A DNA stretch of 64,000 nucleotides from the human T2T-CHM13v2.0 reference genome, Homo sapiens (GCF_009914755.1 NC_060947.1); one strand, 5' to 3'; counted from the stretch's first letter, positions 46,745 through 62,131 are shown. Numbers and translations are program-made. The notes: generated from the letters alone by a model not told the origin.

Positions 46745-48715
46745 CCCAGTTTTTAAATTGTGTATGTGTGAAGTGTGTAGTATACCTAGCGGGTCCCAGT
46801 AGTATTAACTACCTTTGTTCCCACGTTCCTTTCAGGTAAGCTGCCAGATTTCACTGACGTTTTTAATATAGTACTCCTTTTATTCCTTTTATTTGATTAT
46901 CTATCCTTGAAGCTAGGATATCATATAATATGTAAAAAAGGGATAAAATGGCTGGTTCACAAACTCCACTGATGCATAATGAAACTACAGAAAATAAGAA
47001 TTTTCACAGCAGCATAACGATGCCACAACATCCCAGCTCATGATCAGCAGACTTGCCTTGATGAATAGGGCAAAGACCAGGTTGGGTGCTGATACATTTG
47101 TGTGGCAAGTTGCATGTGGTACAAACTGTATACCAGTTATGTGCAGTAAAACCATGTTATAATATATGACATTTTAAGGGTAGTTTGTCAACTGTTCTGG
47201 AAACCATTTTGTTTTTTTCATTGAAAGACAAATTTAACTACAACTCTACGGATCAAATGCAAGAACTGGTTACTGATGAAGGAATGAAGATAAATTTTGA
47301 AAATATACCATCACTTGCTTCATTTTGAATAAAAGTTAAAAATGAATATCCTGAACTTGCTAAAATTTATTTCAAATCTCTACTTTGATTCCCATCAACA
47401 TACCTTTGTGAGAATGATTTCTCTAGTATGTATGTTATTAAAAGGAAAACATAAGAAACATCTCTCATGATTAGCATTATCATCAATCCAACGTGGACAA
47501 GTTATTACAAACAAGAAACAAGCTCATGTGTCACATTAAAAATTCTAAATACTGATATACAAGGTGGCCTTTTCAAAGTCAATCTGGAATTGCTATTTCA
47601 CTCTTCATTATTTGTTATGATTCTGAGGGACAAAAAACTTGAGTCTAAGTGACTTTCTATATTAATTGCCTGTGTATACACTTTCAATGAAAAATGTACA
47701 CAGTTTCTATAATTTTCTTTTTTCCTATGTTCTGATTATATTTACTGAAGTATAACTTTATCTGTTGATTCTAATAAAAAACATTGGGGCTTATATCTTA
47801 TACATGTTCTTTCATTTCTTTTTTCCTAGAATTCATTTTTATTGCACATTATTTAAAAAAGTAATCACATGAACAAATAGATGCTCAACATCATTATTTG
47901 TTGGGGAAATATAAATGAAAATCACAATGAGATACTTCTTCATACTCATTATTAGGATGTCTATATTCAAAGACAGTAACAATTGTTGGCAAGGATGTAG
48001 AGAAATGGAAATTCTCGCAACATTACTGATGAGGTTGTAAAATGGCACAGTCACTCTGGAAAACAGTTTGGCATTTTCTTTTAAAAGCTAAACAAATTAC
48101 TGTACGCCCTAGCAGTTCCATTCCTTGGTTCTACTCCAAGAGAAAAGAAAACATAAGTCCACATATAGACTTACACATGAATGTTCACAGCATCATTATG
48201 CATAATAACCAAAAAGTGGAAACAACCCAAATGTTCATCAATTGATGAATGGATAAACCAAATGTGGTATATCCATACAGTGAAATATTATTCAGTCATA
48301 AAAAGGAATGAAGTACTGATACATGCTACAATATGGATGAACCTTGAAAACATTATGCTAAGTGAAAGAAGCCAGTCACAAAAGACAGCATATTTTGATT
48401 CTACTTTATATGAAATGACCAGAAAAGGCAAATAGAAAGTGGATTCATAGTTTTCTGAGGTTGGGAATGGTTATTAACTATAAATGGACATTTCTTTGGG
48501 GTGATGGAAATGTCCTACACGTTCTAAAAGTGGATTGTGGTGATGCTTGCAAAAGTCAGTAAATTTACTACAAATCATTGAATTGTATACTTAAAATGGG
48601 TGCATTTTTATGGTATGTAAATTATACCTCAATAAAGTTATTTTGAAAAATCAGTGTCCCATGATAGATTAGTGATAAACTGGTCATTCACCACAAATCA
48701 TCTGAGAAACACTAT
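46745..48715 (+). mobile_element. hAT-Charlie transposon fossil interrupted by an L1MB 3' end (~47860-48650)
   Basis: 47320-47430 reads SF*IKVKNEYPELAKIYFKSLL*FPSTYLCENDFS, a decayed hAT C-terminal dimerisation motif; L1MB text in the middle. Confidence 0.75.
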
Positions 48716-49073
48716 TATAAGTGACAATCAGGGGACTTTTCTTATAAATAAATCATGTAAGTTTACATACAGGCACACATTTGGTGAGTTAAAGGCTTTT
48801 GGAACTTAACTTTCTGGTTTTAGTTTATATTTTGGGCAGCTAGAACTGCCAGATAAACAACCTCAAGTTATGCAAGATGTGAATTATTAAGCATGTTAGG
48901 ATATTTAAACCTTGCTTATTTAGCCAAAATGCACAATGATGCTAAAACACTAAAAGTTTTAGAAATCATTACCCAGATTAATGACTGATTTTTTTTCACA
49001 TACAGATACACTAAATAGCTGCTCAAAAAAAAAGGCTCACATAATATTATCTATCTACTGGCTTTAAAAATCA

Positions 49074-49614
<541 letters not shown>

Positions 49615-50381
49615 GCCCTGCTAATGAAAACATTACTTGGTTATATTGAATTTTTCAAATATTGGCTAAAGGGAAGGGCAGAGGCTAAAAGATTATAAAA
49701 ACAATAGATCCCACTTTATAGTCTTTTCTTTAGATACCGCCCCCCCACCGCCTTCTCCATTTGCCAGTTTTGGTTTTAGTCTCTGAATTTTTTTTTTATC
49801 CTTTGGAATTCTATTAATTTTAAGAAAGAGTTTGTTAGAGTTGCTATAAGGGTACCTTTGTGTACCAGAGTGGTAATGAAACTCCACAGAATTATATCTA
49901 GCTCCATTTTCAATTTTATTTAGTTTAACAGTGTGAAGCATTTAAAGGATTTTGAGACAAATTGAATGACTGTATTCGAGAAGCAGAAATGACTATTTTG
50001 AAAGTGTCAGTTGGTAGTCAACCATGACGATTACCCTGGATAAGAACAAATAGGACTTTATTACAGAGAACACTTGATACAATAAAATTCATTGTGTAAG
50101 TGATTTGTAAAGTGCTTGTATAGAAGAAAATGTGGTAAGGGATGAAAGCTGAGTGTTATGCCCTTCACACCTATATTTGCTCTAGAGGAGAATTTGATAT
50201 GAGAAACTGACATCTTGGAACTATTCCAAGAGAATTTAGATTCTAAGGTACCAAACGGCACTTAAGTTTCATGTCATAAACCTTAAGGACAGTGAATGAC
50301 CAAGAGTAATGATGGAGAAGAAAACATATCTTGTCAAAATAAGTTTCCATTTTTAGTCTTGAGCTATATAAATAAGCTTAC

Positions 50382-50460
50382 TTAAGTTGCTGAATCCAGG
50401 GTATGATTCGTTTCATATCATCATTCACAGACTTCTCCATGTCATCCAGAGTGGCCTGGT
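50382..50460 (-). CDS. MED14: MED14 exon 12 (DQATLDDM...WIQQL), 79 nt
   Basis: tctgtag|AC acceptor, TAA|gtaagc donor. Confidence 0.96.
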
Positions 50461-51058
50461 CTACAGAATAAAGCACTTCATTAATTAATTGCTTATATGA
50501 GAAACAAAATCTTTATCTAGGTAGTGTAAAACAAATAAAACAAATGAAAATTATTGTTTAAGGCAGAAAATCATGTTGTTTTTGAGTCAGAGAAAAATTA
50601 AACTAAATGTACCATTAGATATAAGCCAACCTAATTTGTTTTCCCTCTTTAACTTTTAGGGAGCATTATAGATATGACAACTAATGGCAAATGTACACTG
50701 GCAGAAAGAACAAGTAACAAATACATGAATCCATTCTTTGCCTATATTTTAATTCCCCAAACTCCTAGTCTACTTAATCAGTATTTTTAAATTATAAGTA
50801 TTTAAAACTCATAGTATTATTAGACTTAGAACCTTAAAAATCATAAAAACAAAAAACTCCACTGAAATATTTACTTATGAAACACAAATGATCTCTGGCA
50901 TATGGAACAGCTGCTGGCTGAAGATCAGCTTGCAAATTAAGTCAGAATTTTTAATGACACTAGAAAATGCTAGTAAACAGAATAATGAGCAAAAAAAAGC
51001 AAGATACAAAATGATTTTGATTAATGGGGACAAAGTATAGAAAAAATTAGAAAAGCAC

Positions 51059-51445
51059 TGCTATGGGGTCAACTATGTCCCCCCAAGATCCATATGTTGT
51101 ACCCCTAATCCTCAGTGTGATGGTATTTGGAGAAGGGGTCTTTGGGAGGCAATTAGGTTTAAATGAGGTCATGAAGGTAGGGACTTCATGAAGGGATCAG
51201 TAGCAGACTTATAAGAACGGATGCCAGAGAAGTCGCTCTCTCAGCCATGTGAAGACACAGCAAGAAGGCAGCTGTCTATATACAATCTATATACAAGCTA
51301 GAAAGAGAGCCTTCATCAGAAATCAACCATGCTGACACCTTGATCTTGAATTTCTGGCCTCCAGAACTATGACAAAATAAATTTCTGTTGTTTAAGTCAC
51401 CTAGTCTATGATATTTTGTTAACGGCAGCCTGAGCTGCTAAGACA
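51059..51445 (+). mobile_element. MLT1A-like MaLR solo LTR
   Basis: tgctatgg...ctaagaca termini; near-TSD agcac/agcat. Confidence 0.82.
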
Positions 51446-51535
51446 AGCATACATCCCTAAAAGACTATTTTCTGTTGCTTTTCTAATTTTTGTGTGTTTA
51501 AGTTTTTTATTTATGAGTATGTACTATGTTAATAA

Positions 51536-51865
<330 letters not shown>

Positions 51866-52661
51866 TAAATATAAGTTTTTAAGAACAAACAACATTTGCC
51901 TTATTTGGAACCCACAGTTAAAGTAATTCATAAATGCGTCATTTAGCCATCATAAATGTGATGTCATTCAAAGTAATTAGTTCAGTTTTCCATGAGCAGC
52001 CCATAGAAAAAAAATCTATAGCTATAAAATATAACCAGAAAGCCCTTTATTTTCAACCTTTCTAGCTGAATATTAATTTCAAATAGCAGATGTCCTAATA
52101 TATTCAAGAACACTGTCCAGTAGCAATACAAAAACACTAAATTCTTATTTCATCATTTCATAACACTGACTCAGTAACAGAACAAGTAAGAAATCAAACT
52201 TTAATTTCTACTGTGTTTAGGCCAGAAAAAAAAATCCTTTCCTCCAGGATTCTGTACCTCAAGTCATCTTAGATGTTTCTACTGTCATAAAAATGTTCTT
52301 CAGCCACAAATGACATTAGAATTCCTTATTGTGATTTCCATGTCACCCAGTGGTAAAATAGAAACTGAGCTACTGGGATAGATAAGTTAACCTAAAAAAC
52401 AGCAGCCATCAACATTATTAATTTTGCATAAGGAAACACGAATGTGCGTTATACTGGGAAGTTTAACATCTGCTACAAGAAAATCCAAAGTAGTTAAAAC
52501 GGCCCCGAGGAACTGACATCAGTCAGAGTTATGGTTTCCATACCCACTTTCAACACTGCATATACCATTCTTTCTAATACCTAATGACAGAAAATGTTTA
52601 TTTTGTTTTTGTTAAAAATAATTTTTCTTACATTGAATGATTATATCATTTAGTAACTTAC

Positions 52662-52787
52662 CAAGTCCATAAAGCATCAATTGAAACATTCCAGAATGTA
52701 AATCTACAAAAATGTGCAGACACTCTGAATTACCACAGGGCTCCAAGATGGGAACAACAAGAGCTGGGAGTGCAGTCTCTATGGAAG
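52662..52787 (-). CDS. MED14: MED14 exon 11 (SSIETALP...MLYGL), 126 nt
   Basis: tgttcag|CT acceptor, TTG|gtaagt donor. Confidence 0.96.
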
Positions 52788-54004
52788 CTGAACAATCAAG
52801 AATTAAAAATTATTTTTCTATCTGAATATTTTCCAGAAAAATTATTTCTCAATCAATGAGTACAAACAAACCAACTATTGAAGGATCCTAAATGTTAGAG
52901 GAAAAACATGATTTTGCAAAATTTGCAATAGTATTATTATGTCAGTTAGCAGCTCAAAAAGGAAAGAATGTAATTTTCAAGGTGACTTGAAACAAACATG
53001 CCTGTCTCAAATACTACAGCAAAAAAAATCCAAAGTTTCTTAAAGAGGGTTGAAATAGCTAGTGAAAATTCAACTTCATCAGTGAGCTGAGTTCTAGTTT
53101 TACTTTCACTTGGTAATTACTAATAAGCTAATTAATTTTTAAGGATTTTCTCTTTTGTATAATGGAAAGAAAACTAGTTGTTTATAAACAGAATAAATAT
53201 CTTCTATGGCCTCATGATTTTCAATGCCATTCCTCATAAAAAAGAGGTATTCTGGCAATTAGAGCCCATGTGTTTAAACTAATAAATATTATTGATTACC
53301 CAGGAAGAAAAATTTTTTTCAAGTCATTTGTATACTCCATTTCAAGTCACAGATGAATTAAGAACATAGGCAATTGCTAAACACAAATCCCCAAAGCTGA
53401 CAATATGCCTGATCTAGAGTTTCACAGTATTTCCACGAGGCCCAATTAACTTTTCTCTTAATTCTGCAAGTGACATAATGAAATCCAGTAAACAAGCAAA
53501 ACACTGAAAACACACTAAGTGCTGATCAGATTGAGGGGTTGTAAAAGGAATATGCTCTTCTTGTTACCAAGTTCCTCTGAAGCTACAGCACAGAAAAAAA
53601 AGGCAGATACAGAGGAGAATGGTGATGCAGGTGCTCGGAAGGAGAGGTAACGTGGCAGGCGCAGAGGGGAGTGGCGATGCAGGCCTTTCACCAGGCGTGG
53701 CTTCTGCCTGCTTTTTTGTCAAACAAGGAAAATAACATCTTCCCCTCCATGCCACAGGTTGTTAGGAGCAAGAAATGACAAGGCTGTAAAAGTGCTTTAA
53801 AAAGCAAAGTGTTTGACAAATGTATATTATCTATATTCCTTTTGAATCAAAGAAACAAACCAAAACCTTTTACTATAAATTTTCAATAATTCAAATGGAT
53901 GACATTACCATTGGTACTGTCTACACAAATTATCAAACAAATTAATAAAGTAAAAGATTGCAGAAGACATATTTAATTAGAGAGAAATAAATTGCTTTAA
54001 AACA

Positions 54005-54237
54005 TAGGGTGAGCATCCTAAACTCCAAAATTTGAAATGCTCCAAAATCCAAAATTTTTTGAGCGCTGACATGATGCTCAAAGGAAATGCTTAATGAAGC
54101 ATTTTGGATTTCGGATTTTCAGATTTGGGATGCCCAACCAGTAAGTACAAATGCAAATATTCCAAAACCCAAAAAAAATCCGAGATCTGAAATACTTCTG
54201 GTCTCAAGCATTTCAGATAAGGGATACTCAACCTGTA
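54005..54237. mobile_element. Tigger4a/MER46-like MITE
   Basis: gggtgagcatcc...gataagggatactcaacctgta inverted termini. Confidence 0.8.
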
Positions 54238-55990
54238 CATCTAATACATATTTGTATACAAAATGTTTAACATGCAAATCCAGCAGAACTCTGACCTGAA
54301 AAAAACAGAACAAAAAGGGCAAAAACAAAAATTTCTTTTACCATATAATTCAGACCAATGTGACAAATTAGTTCAAATCAGTGACATTTTGCTGAACTTA
54401 CTATGTTAATAAAAAGTTATTACAAATGTGAAACAGAGTTGCTGATTTTTGAAACATTTCCATAGTGTCACAATTCCTGACAGGGTAGGAGTGAATTCTC
54501 TAAAGCAAAACCATTTCTAAAGCGTGGCAACAGAGTAAAACTAGTTCTGGGAATTGGGGTAACAATTATAATTTCAATCTAATTACCACAATTGAGTATT
54601 CTTAGAAAAATAGGGCATCAGAGAAGAATACAGATAACACAGTTCAAAAGACAAGAAATACTCTGATACAAATCGATGTACAATTTTTTGACTACCAATG
54701 TCCATATTTTTCTTTACAGAAAATAAAATACACAATGCCCTAAAGCATTTAAAGGCAACAGGTTTTAGGTATACAAAAATGGGGAAACTTGCAAAGAAAA
54801 TAAAGAAGAGGGAATTAAAAGCAGTGTAAGATGACAGGACTTGCTGCTATTTCGTCCTGCCAGAACATATATATATCTCCTTTTATTTCTATCATTTATT
54901 GAGAACAAGATGAGAATGGATAACAGACAGAATATAAAGTGTGAAGAGTGAAGAGCGGCAACTAAGCTCAATTAGGAATGGCTGTGTGTGGTTCATAGCT
55001 TCCAAACTGATCATGATGCCCTGATTATAAGTGCTGAAGGGTAGAGTACAACATAAGGGAGCAGCACCCTGGCTTTCAAGAGTTAGGCAATGCTGCCAAC
55101 TGGGCCATATCTCAAGTTACCTTTAGTACCTTGCACTGCTTTTTTGGAACTTATCTCCAAAGTCCTGCCTCCTCTCCCCTAAACCATTTCTACCCCCACG
55201 AAACCACATGCCTGAGCTGCTCAAAACCTGAAGTCTATGCCTTCCCCTAGCCTTCCCTTGAAATGCTCCACTCTCTGAGCTACTCATTTCCTTGGGTTAT
55301 TCCAGTTAGGTGTTAGAAGAAAAGCCAGCTGATTTAAGGGTGACTGCGCTAAGGGATTCTAAGAATAGACTATGTAGTCCCTCATCCCAGTAAGGATCTT
55401 AATAAAGCATGCTCGCCCATCACAAAAAAGGATCAAGTAAGACTACATGGAGAGTATAAATGCATGCACATGAATTTAAAGAACAAGTTAAAGCACATGC
55501 CCTAAGATGGTGGGTCGGCAGACCCTTTCCTCTAGCAGTCCTCATTTCTAGAACTGTCCTGATTAAAGCAGAACTGAGGAGATCAACCCCGCATGCAAGC
55601 TTCTCCCTTCCTTCCAAATTATAGTCCCTAAGTCACCCTTCTCTAACACCTGGGACTCTACAAAACACCTAGGGCTTGAAAACCACTGGTGTAGCACATT
55701 CCTACTAGAGTTTAAGATCTAGGAAGAGCCTGGACTATTATAATATCCTCAAATTTCAGATGAGGAGAATGGCCCAAATAGTGTAAATGACTTGTTCAAG
55801 AGCAGACAGCTGAACTCAGATCTCTAACATTTCTACAAAAAGGAATTTTACACTTGGGTTCTGAAGATTTCTCTAAATTTCTCTTTAGAAATCTTCAGAA
55901 CCTAGGTGAACAGCACACAAAACCATTCCTATGTAAACGTATGCTTTGAGTTTATTTTTCAAAGTAATTTAACTATCCCTTGGCAATCAT

Positions 55991-56050
55991 AGTTTTTTGT
56001 TTCTGTTTTTTAACTTACTAAGTTTTTGTTCTGTTTTTTAACTTACTAAG
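55991..56050. repeat. ~29-bp tandem duplication
   Basis: ttctgttttttaacttactaag occurs twice in tandem. Confidence 0.85.
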
Positions 56051-56197
56051 CCTTGCTTACAGATGATACTAAAGTAAACCAGAGCCTATCAAAAGATTAC
56101 AAACTCCCTATTTTCTGGAATCTCAACAAACGAAGTTTTGAAAAATTAGAAAAATTAAGATTGCAAAATACTTAAAGTCTTCTTTAAGAACAAAAGA

Positions 56198-56325
56198 GTT
56201 GGACATGGTGGTTCATGCTTGTAATCCCAGCACTTTGGGAGGCCAATGTGGTAGGATTGCTTGAGCCCAGGAGCATAAGACCAGCCTGTTCAGCAGGCCA
56301 TGGACTTAAAATAGATACATAGATG

Positions 56326-56371
<46 letters not shown>

Positions 56372-56415
56372 GACCAGCCTGGGCAACACAGTGAGACTCC
56401 ATTTCTTAAAAAAGA
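56198..56415 (+). mobile_element. FLAM/AluJ monomer interrupted by an 82-bp insert
   Basis: Alu text stops at 56288 and resumes at 56371 with duplicated agaccagcctg. Confidence 0.8.
56311..56370 (+). repeat. (GATA)n tetranucleotide microsatellite, 11 perfect units plus a degenerate flank
   Basis: Direct reading of the sequence. Confidence 0.95.
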
Positions 56416-56424
56416 ACAAAAGGG

Positions 56425-57150
56425 GAATTTCAACAAGGGTGACAAGACAATTAAACAGGAGAAAATAGTCTTCAACAAATGTTACTGAGATAACTGCATA
56501 TCCTCACGTAAAAGAATGCAAACAATAACAAGTATTGGTGAGGATGTGGAGAAAATGAAACCTTCCCACATTGCTGGTTAGATTGTAAAGTGGTGTTAAA
56601 CACGTCAAAAGGTTAAACAGTTACAAGACCCGGCCATTACACTCCTAGGTGTACAGCCAAGAGAAATGAAAACTTACGTCCACATAAAAACTTGGGCATG
56701 AATGTTCATAGCAGCATTATCCACAATAGCCAAAAAAGAAAAACAACCCCAATGTTCAACAATGATGAATGGATAAACAAAAGATGGTATAGCCATACAA
56801 TGGATTATTTGACAATAAAAGTGAATGAAGTATTGAAACATGCTGTGAACCTCAAAAAAAATGTGTTAAAAACAGTATGTAAGAGACCACACATTATGAT
56901 TCCATTTATATGAAATGTCCAAATAGGCAAATCTATAGAGTTAGAAAGTAGATTAATGATTGCCAAAAGGGAGGCAGGAAGGGAGAGGAGTGAATGGGTT
57001 GTGACTGCTAATGGGTACACGGTTTCTTTCTGGGATGATTAAAATGTTCTAAAATCAAATTGTGGTGATAGTTGCACAACTCTTTCAGTAAAAACCATTG
57101 AATGAGGTAATTATATGTGAATTATATCTCAATAAAGCTGTTAAGAAAAA
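56425..57150 (+). mobile_element. L1MB 3' end
   Basis: ggtgaggatgtggagaaaatgaaacc, gaatgttcatagcagcattat, gtgaattatatctcaataaagctgtt. Confidence 0.8.
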
Positions 57151-58179
57151 AAGACGAAAAGGCAGTGGTGGTTAGTAGCCTTTCTAATTCCAGTGAGAGT
57201 TTCAATTATACTTTCCAATCATAATTTTTAGGTCTGTATTTAACATCTTTGCTTGAGGGATTAAAGGGGAGGGCCTTCTACTGAAGCTTTTAATTAAATT
57301 AAGATAATGAAGTACTGATAAAGCTAATGTTAAACCCTGATAGGGCTAATGGACAGGCACCCCCAAGACACATCTAACCAATACATTCACCAAATTTCTG
57401 GCAGATCCTTTATTTCTTTTTTAAGGCCCATATTTGCATTTTTGTTAAGTTAGGCTGCCCCTCTCCTTAGTCTCTTTAAAAATATAAGCTAATGCTTTGG
57501 TTTATCTTAGATCCCCTCTTTCACCTCTATCTTTTCACTTTCCTTGAATGAGTATGTATTCTAAATACACACTTATTTTTCTAACTTTCTGTCTTTCCTT
57601 CAGGCAATTTTTTAAAATCTATTTCTGTCAAAGTGATTTTAATCCAGAGTTACTAGTACATACCTAAGAAGCTGCTTCTTTAAGTATAATGGATTGAGCT
57701 GAGCTCTGTGATGACAAAAGGCAGCACCTTCGTTACTAGCACTATTAAGACTTCCTACTTATAAGGCACTTCACTTACGTCATCTAACTTAATTAAAGAC
57801 TGTGCACTGTGGGCACAAGGTAATTATGGCCAAAAACAATTGGGGCAGGGATAGTAAATATGCCCATTATGATGTTGCGAACCTATATTCCCAGAATGAA
57901 AGGGTTTACTTTCTAAATGACTGTCCCTCAAAGCTCTGAATATACTTACTAGGTAATTAAACTTGGAAGATTTTTCACTATGTCCATGTATCTGCATTCC
58001 TTATTTGAACTGTTAATAATTTTTAAAAATTTTTTAAAAAGACAAGGGATGAATTCTGCTTCACTCAAAGGGGCATATTTTACAAGTATATTATAAATAT
58101 TTGGAATGCTGTTTTATCACTAGAAAAAAGTTTAAAAATAAGGTTCATATTAAAATGTTAGCTCATGTTTCATAAAGTT

Positions 58180-58325
58180 TTTCTTTTTTATTTAAAAAAT
58201 TTTATAAATAGAGACGGGGTCTCATTTTTTGCCCTGGCTTGTCTAAAGCTCCTGGCCTCAAGTGATCCTTACATCTCGGCCTCCCAAAGTGCTGGTATTA
58301 CAGGTGTGAGCCACCATGCCCAGCC
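58180..58325 (-). mobile_element. FLAM monomer
   Basis: Single monomer; TSD tttcataaagttttt. Confidence 0.8.
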
Positions 58326-58565
58326 CCATTTCATAAAGTTTTAAGGAAATCCAATACACAAATATTTCAAAAATAAGGCCAAGCTAAATAAGTAACAAGG
58401 GAAAAATTAGCATAAGTTTGGCAGATCACAAGTTAAAATGCAGAAATACCAGCTTCCACAATAAAAGCAAAATATCAAGAAAAAGTCATATTAAGATTCT
58501 CATCAAATAAAACTGGATTCTAGTTTAAACAAAAGAAAAACAAATGTCAATTTAAAAGAACCTAC

Positions 58566-58677
58566 AGTTTTCATTGGCATTGAAGCCTCTAAGAATGGCC
58601 TTCAGTTCTTGGAGCTTCTGATGAGCTCTTGCATGGACACTGTCAATCAGGAGTTTTTCTATTGATAAGTGGTCGAT
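58566..58677 (-). CDS. MED14: MED14 exon 10 (IDHLSIEK...NANEN), 112 nt
   Basis: tatgcag|ATC acceptor, ACT|gtaggt donor. Confidence 0.96.
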
Positions 58678-59196
58678 CTGCATAAATAAGAACAACAAAT
58701 TCAAATGTGCAATTTAAACATTTTTACTTTAAAAGCCCAAGAGTAGATTACTGTGCTTCAAAATATTTCCTTTTGGAATCACACTGATTAAGTGTTAACC
58801 CTAATAGAAAGCAAACTTAAAGTTAAAAATTAACTAATATGGTATTGAGTTAAAAATTAACTTACAATTGATAGCTTAAAAACTATAGTTAACATTTTGG
58901 TAAGTAATAGGAGAAGATATTACAAATCAGTTATGGTGCTCTAATGCCAGACCTTAAAATTAAAATGGTATCTGATCTAAATTATAAAATATGAAAGAAT
59001 ATCTTAAAAATTATATATTATAGTATCAGATGTTTTAAAAAAACAAATGTAAGAAGTGTAACATTTACTTAAAATAAGTTTCATAAAAGGTTTTAGGAAG
59101 AATTAGATATTTTTAAAAATTTGTGCTAAGAGTTTAAGGATAAATGGCAAGTTACATTCATTTAAACCAATATGAAAATATATTGAGATCTTTTAC

Positions 59197-59347
59197 CTTC
59201 ATGGCTCTTTCTACTAATTTGGAATCAGAAGCTGGCAAAGGAGGATCGTGAAAAATCTGTAAAGGCTTGGAGACATCATTCTCATCAATTTTAATTGTAA
59301 CTTTGTGAACAGATGCTGTTCCAGTTTTTCTCCCAAGAACCTGTTGA
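59197..59347 (-). CDS. MED14: MED14 exon 9 ([10 protein letters not shown]...ERAMK), 151 nt
   Basis: tctttag|T acceptor, AAG|gtaaaa donor. Confidence 0.96.
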
Positions 59348-60079
59348 CTAAAGAAAAAAATGAAATGAAGAATTTTTTTCAACACAGTCTGTTAACTTCT
59401 AGAATAAAATAGAGACAATCCATTGTGCAGTTTAGCCACAGCCTGGAATACGGCAGGCCCCCAGTGTTTGTGGAGGGAATAATAATGGGAAGATAGCTAT
59501 TCTGTAATCCAATACAATATTTGATTTATTGCATTTAAAAAAGACATATAATTTAAAAATAAAACATATGCACACATGAAAAAGAACCCCAAAACAAAAA
59601 CTACCTGTCTTCTAAGTAGTATCTACTCACCTCTGACTCCTTTACAGAAAATGGGGGTCATTTGGGATAATAAGATGCCGGGGTGGGGAGAAAAACAGGA
59701 ATCAAGTAAAGTTCAAACAGGGAATTGAGAGTTACAAACAGTCCAATAGGAATTTTCTCCCAAAGAAAGTTTTTAACAGGCACAATTCAAAGTGGAAAAC
59801 TGTGATAAGCATGCATGTTTTAAAAAATGATACCCAACAATCTAACCTAATGGTCTTTTCTAACCTAACGGTCTTTTAGCTATTTGGTATAAACCCAAAG
59901 TAAACTAACCTCTCAAACTTTTTAAGAATAGTAAGTCTTAGTACAAACAGGTAAATGTCTATGTATTTAAAACATGTTCTAAGACAGGTGTCAACTATGG
60001 ATGTCCTATGTGGTCTACATAATACTATGGGACCTTACTACACAAAAGCATGTTACTAGAGGTGCATAGCTATTGGTAT

Positions 60080-60298
60080 ACAGTCATTCCTTGGTATACT
60101 TGGGAGACTGGCTCCAGGATTCCCGTCCCAATACCAAAATCCACGCAAACTCACGTCCTGCAGTCAGTCCTGCGGTCAGCCAGCAGAACCCACGTATAGG
60201 GAAGGTTGGCCCTATACGCAGGTTTCACATCTTGCAAATTGATCTGCATATAAGTGGACCCACACAATTCAAGCTTGTGTTGTCCAAGGGTCAACTGT
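60080..60298 (+). mobile_element. MER8-like (TcMar-Tigger MITE)
   Basis: cagtcattccttggtatac...gtgttgtccaagggtcaactg termini. Confidence 0.75.
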
Positions 60299-60386
60299 AT
60301 ATTAAATCAGATGTATGAGAGAAAAAGAGAAATAAAAAGAGTATTTACAGTCATAGCACGAACCCACCAGAACTGATTTTACTTAC

Positions 60387-60519
60387 TTCCAAACTGAAAG
60401 GGAGAGGCACTTTCCAGCATGATACCTTTCCACCTGCACAAGGTCTCCCCACCGTTCTCGGATTAACATTAGAGTTTGGGAATGTAACACTTCTAACTGA
60501 AGTGATAAACAGAAAGAAT
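60387..60519 (-). CDS. MED14: MED14 exon 8 (HSFCLSLQLEV...LSVW), 133 nt
   Basis: ctatcag|AT acceptor, GAA|gtaagt donor; frame continuous. Confidence 0.96.
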
Positions 60520-61403
<884 letters not shown>

Positions 61404-61511
61404 GTAGGCAGTTGTACATATCCTGAAGAGGTTTCTCATCAGCAAAGAGCCTAGACTGCACCAGTTGATGGATGAAGCTGATTTGCATGCTATGAACCAA
61501 AGCTCGCCCAT
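61404..61511 (-). CDS. MED14: MED14 exon 7 (DGRALVHSM...DMYNCL), 108 nt; ends at a U12-type donor
   Basis: cggaag|AT acceptor, CTAC|gtatccttc donor; phase 1-1. Confidence 0.96.
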
Positions 61512-61654
61512 CTTCCGTTGGCAGAAGAAAAGAAAGCAGTTAATTAAATAGGTGTACAAGTGTGTCACTATACCAACTAAGGAAGCACATAATAACAATG
61601 AATTTTTTTAAAAAGCACTGAAATTATCTACAGAAACTTGACATTGTACTCTGA

Positions 61655-62069
<415 letters not shown>

Positions 62070-62131
62070 TAATATAAAAAATCAAACATTTAAACTAATA
62101 CTTATGATTTAAATCACTACTTATGATTTAC

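Noticed and set aside
47280-47460. hAT transposase dimerisation-domain motif
   Set aside because: In-frame stops and an L1 insertion show a fossil, not a domesticated gene
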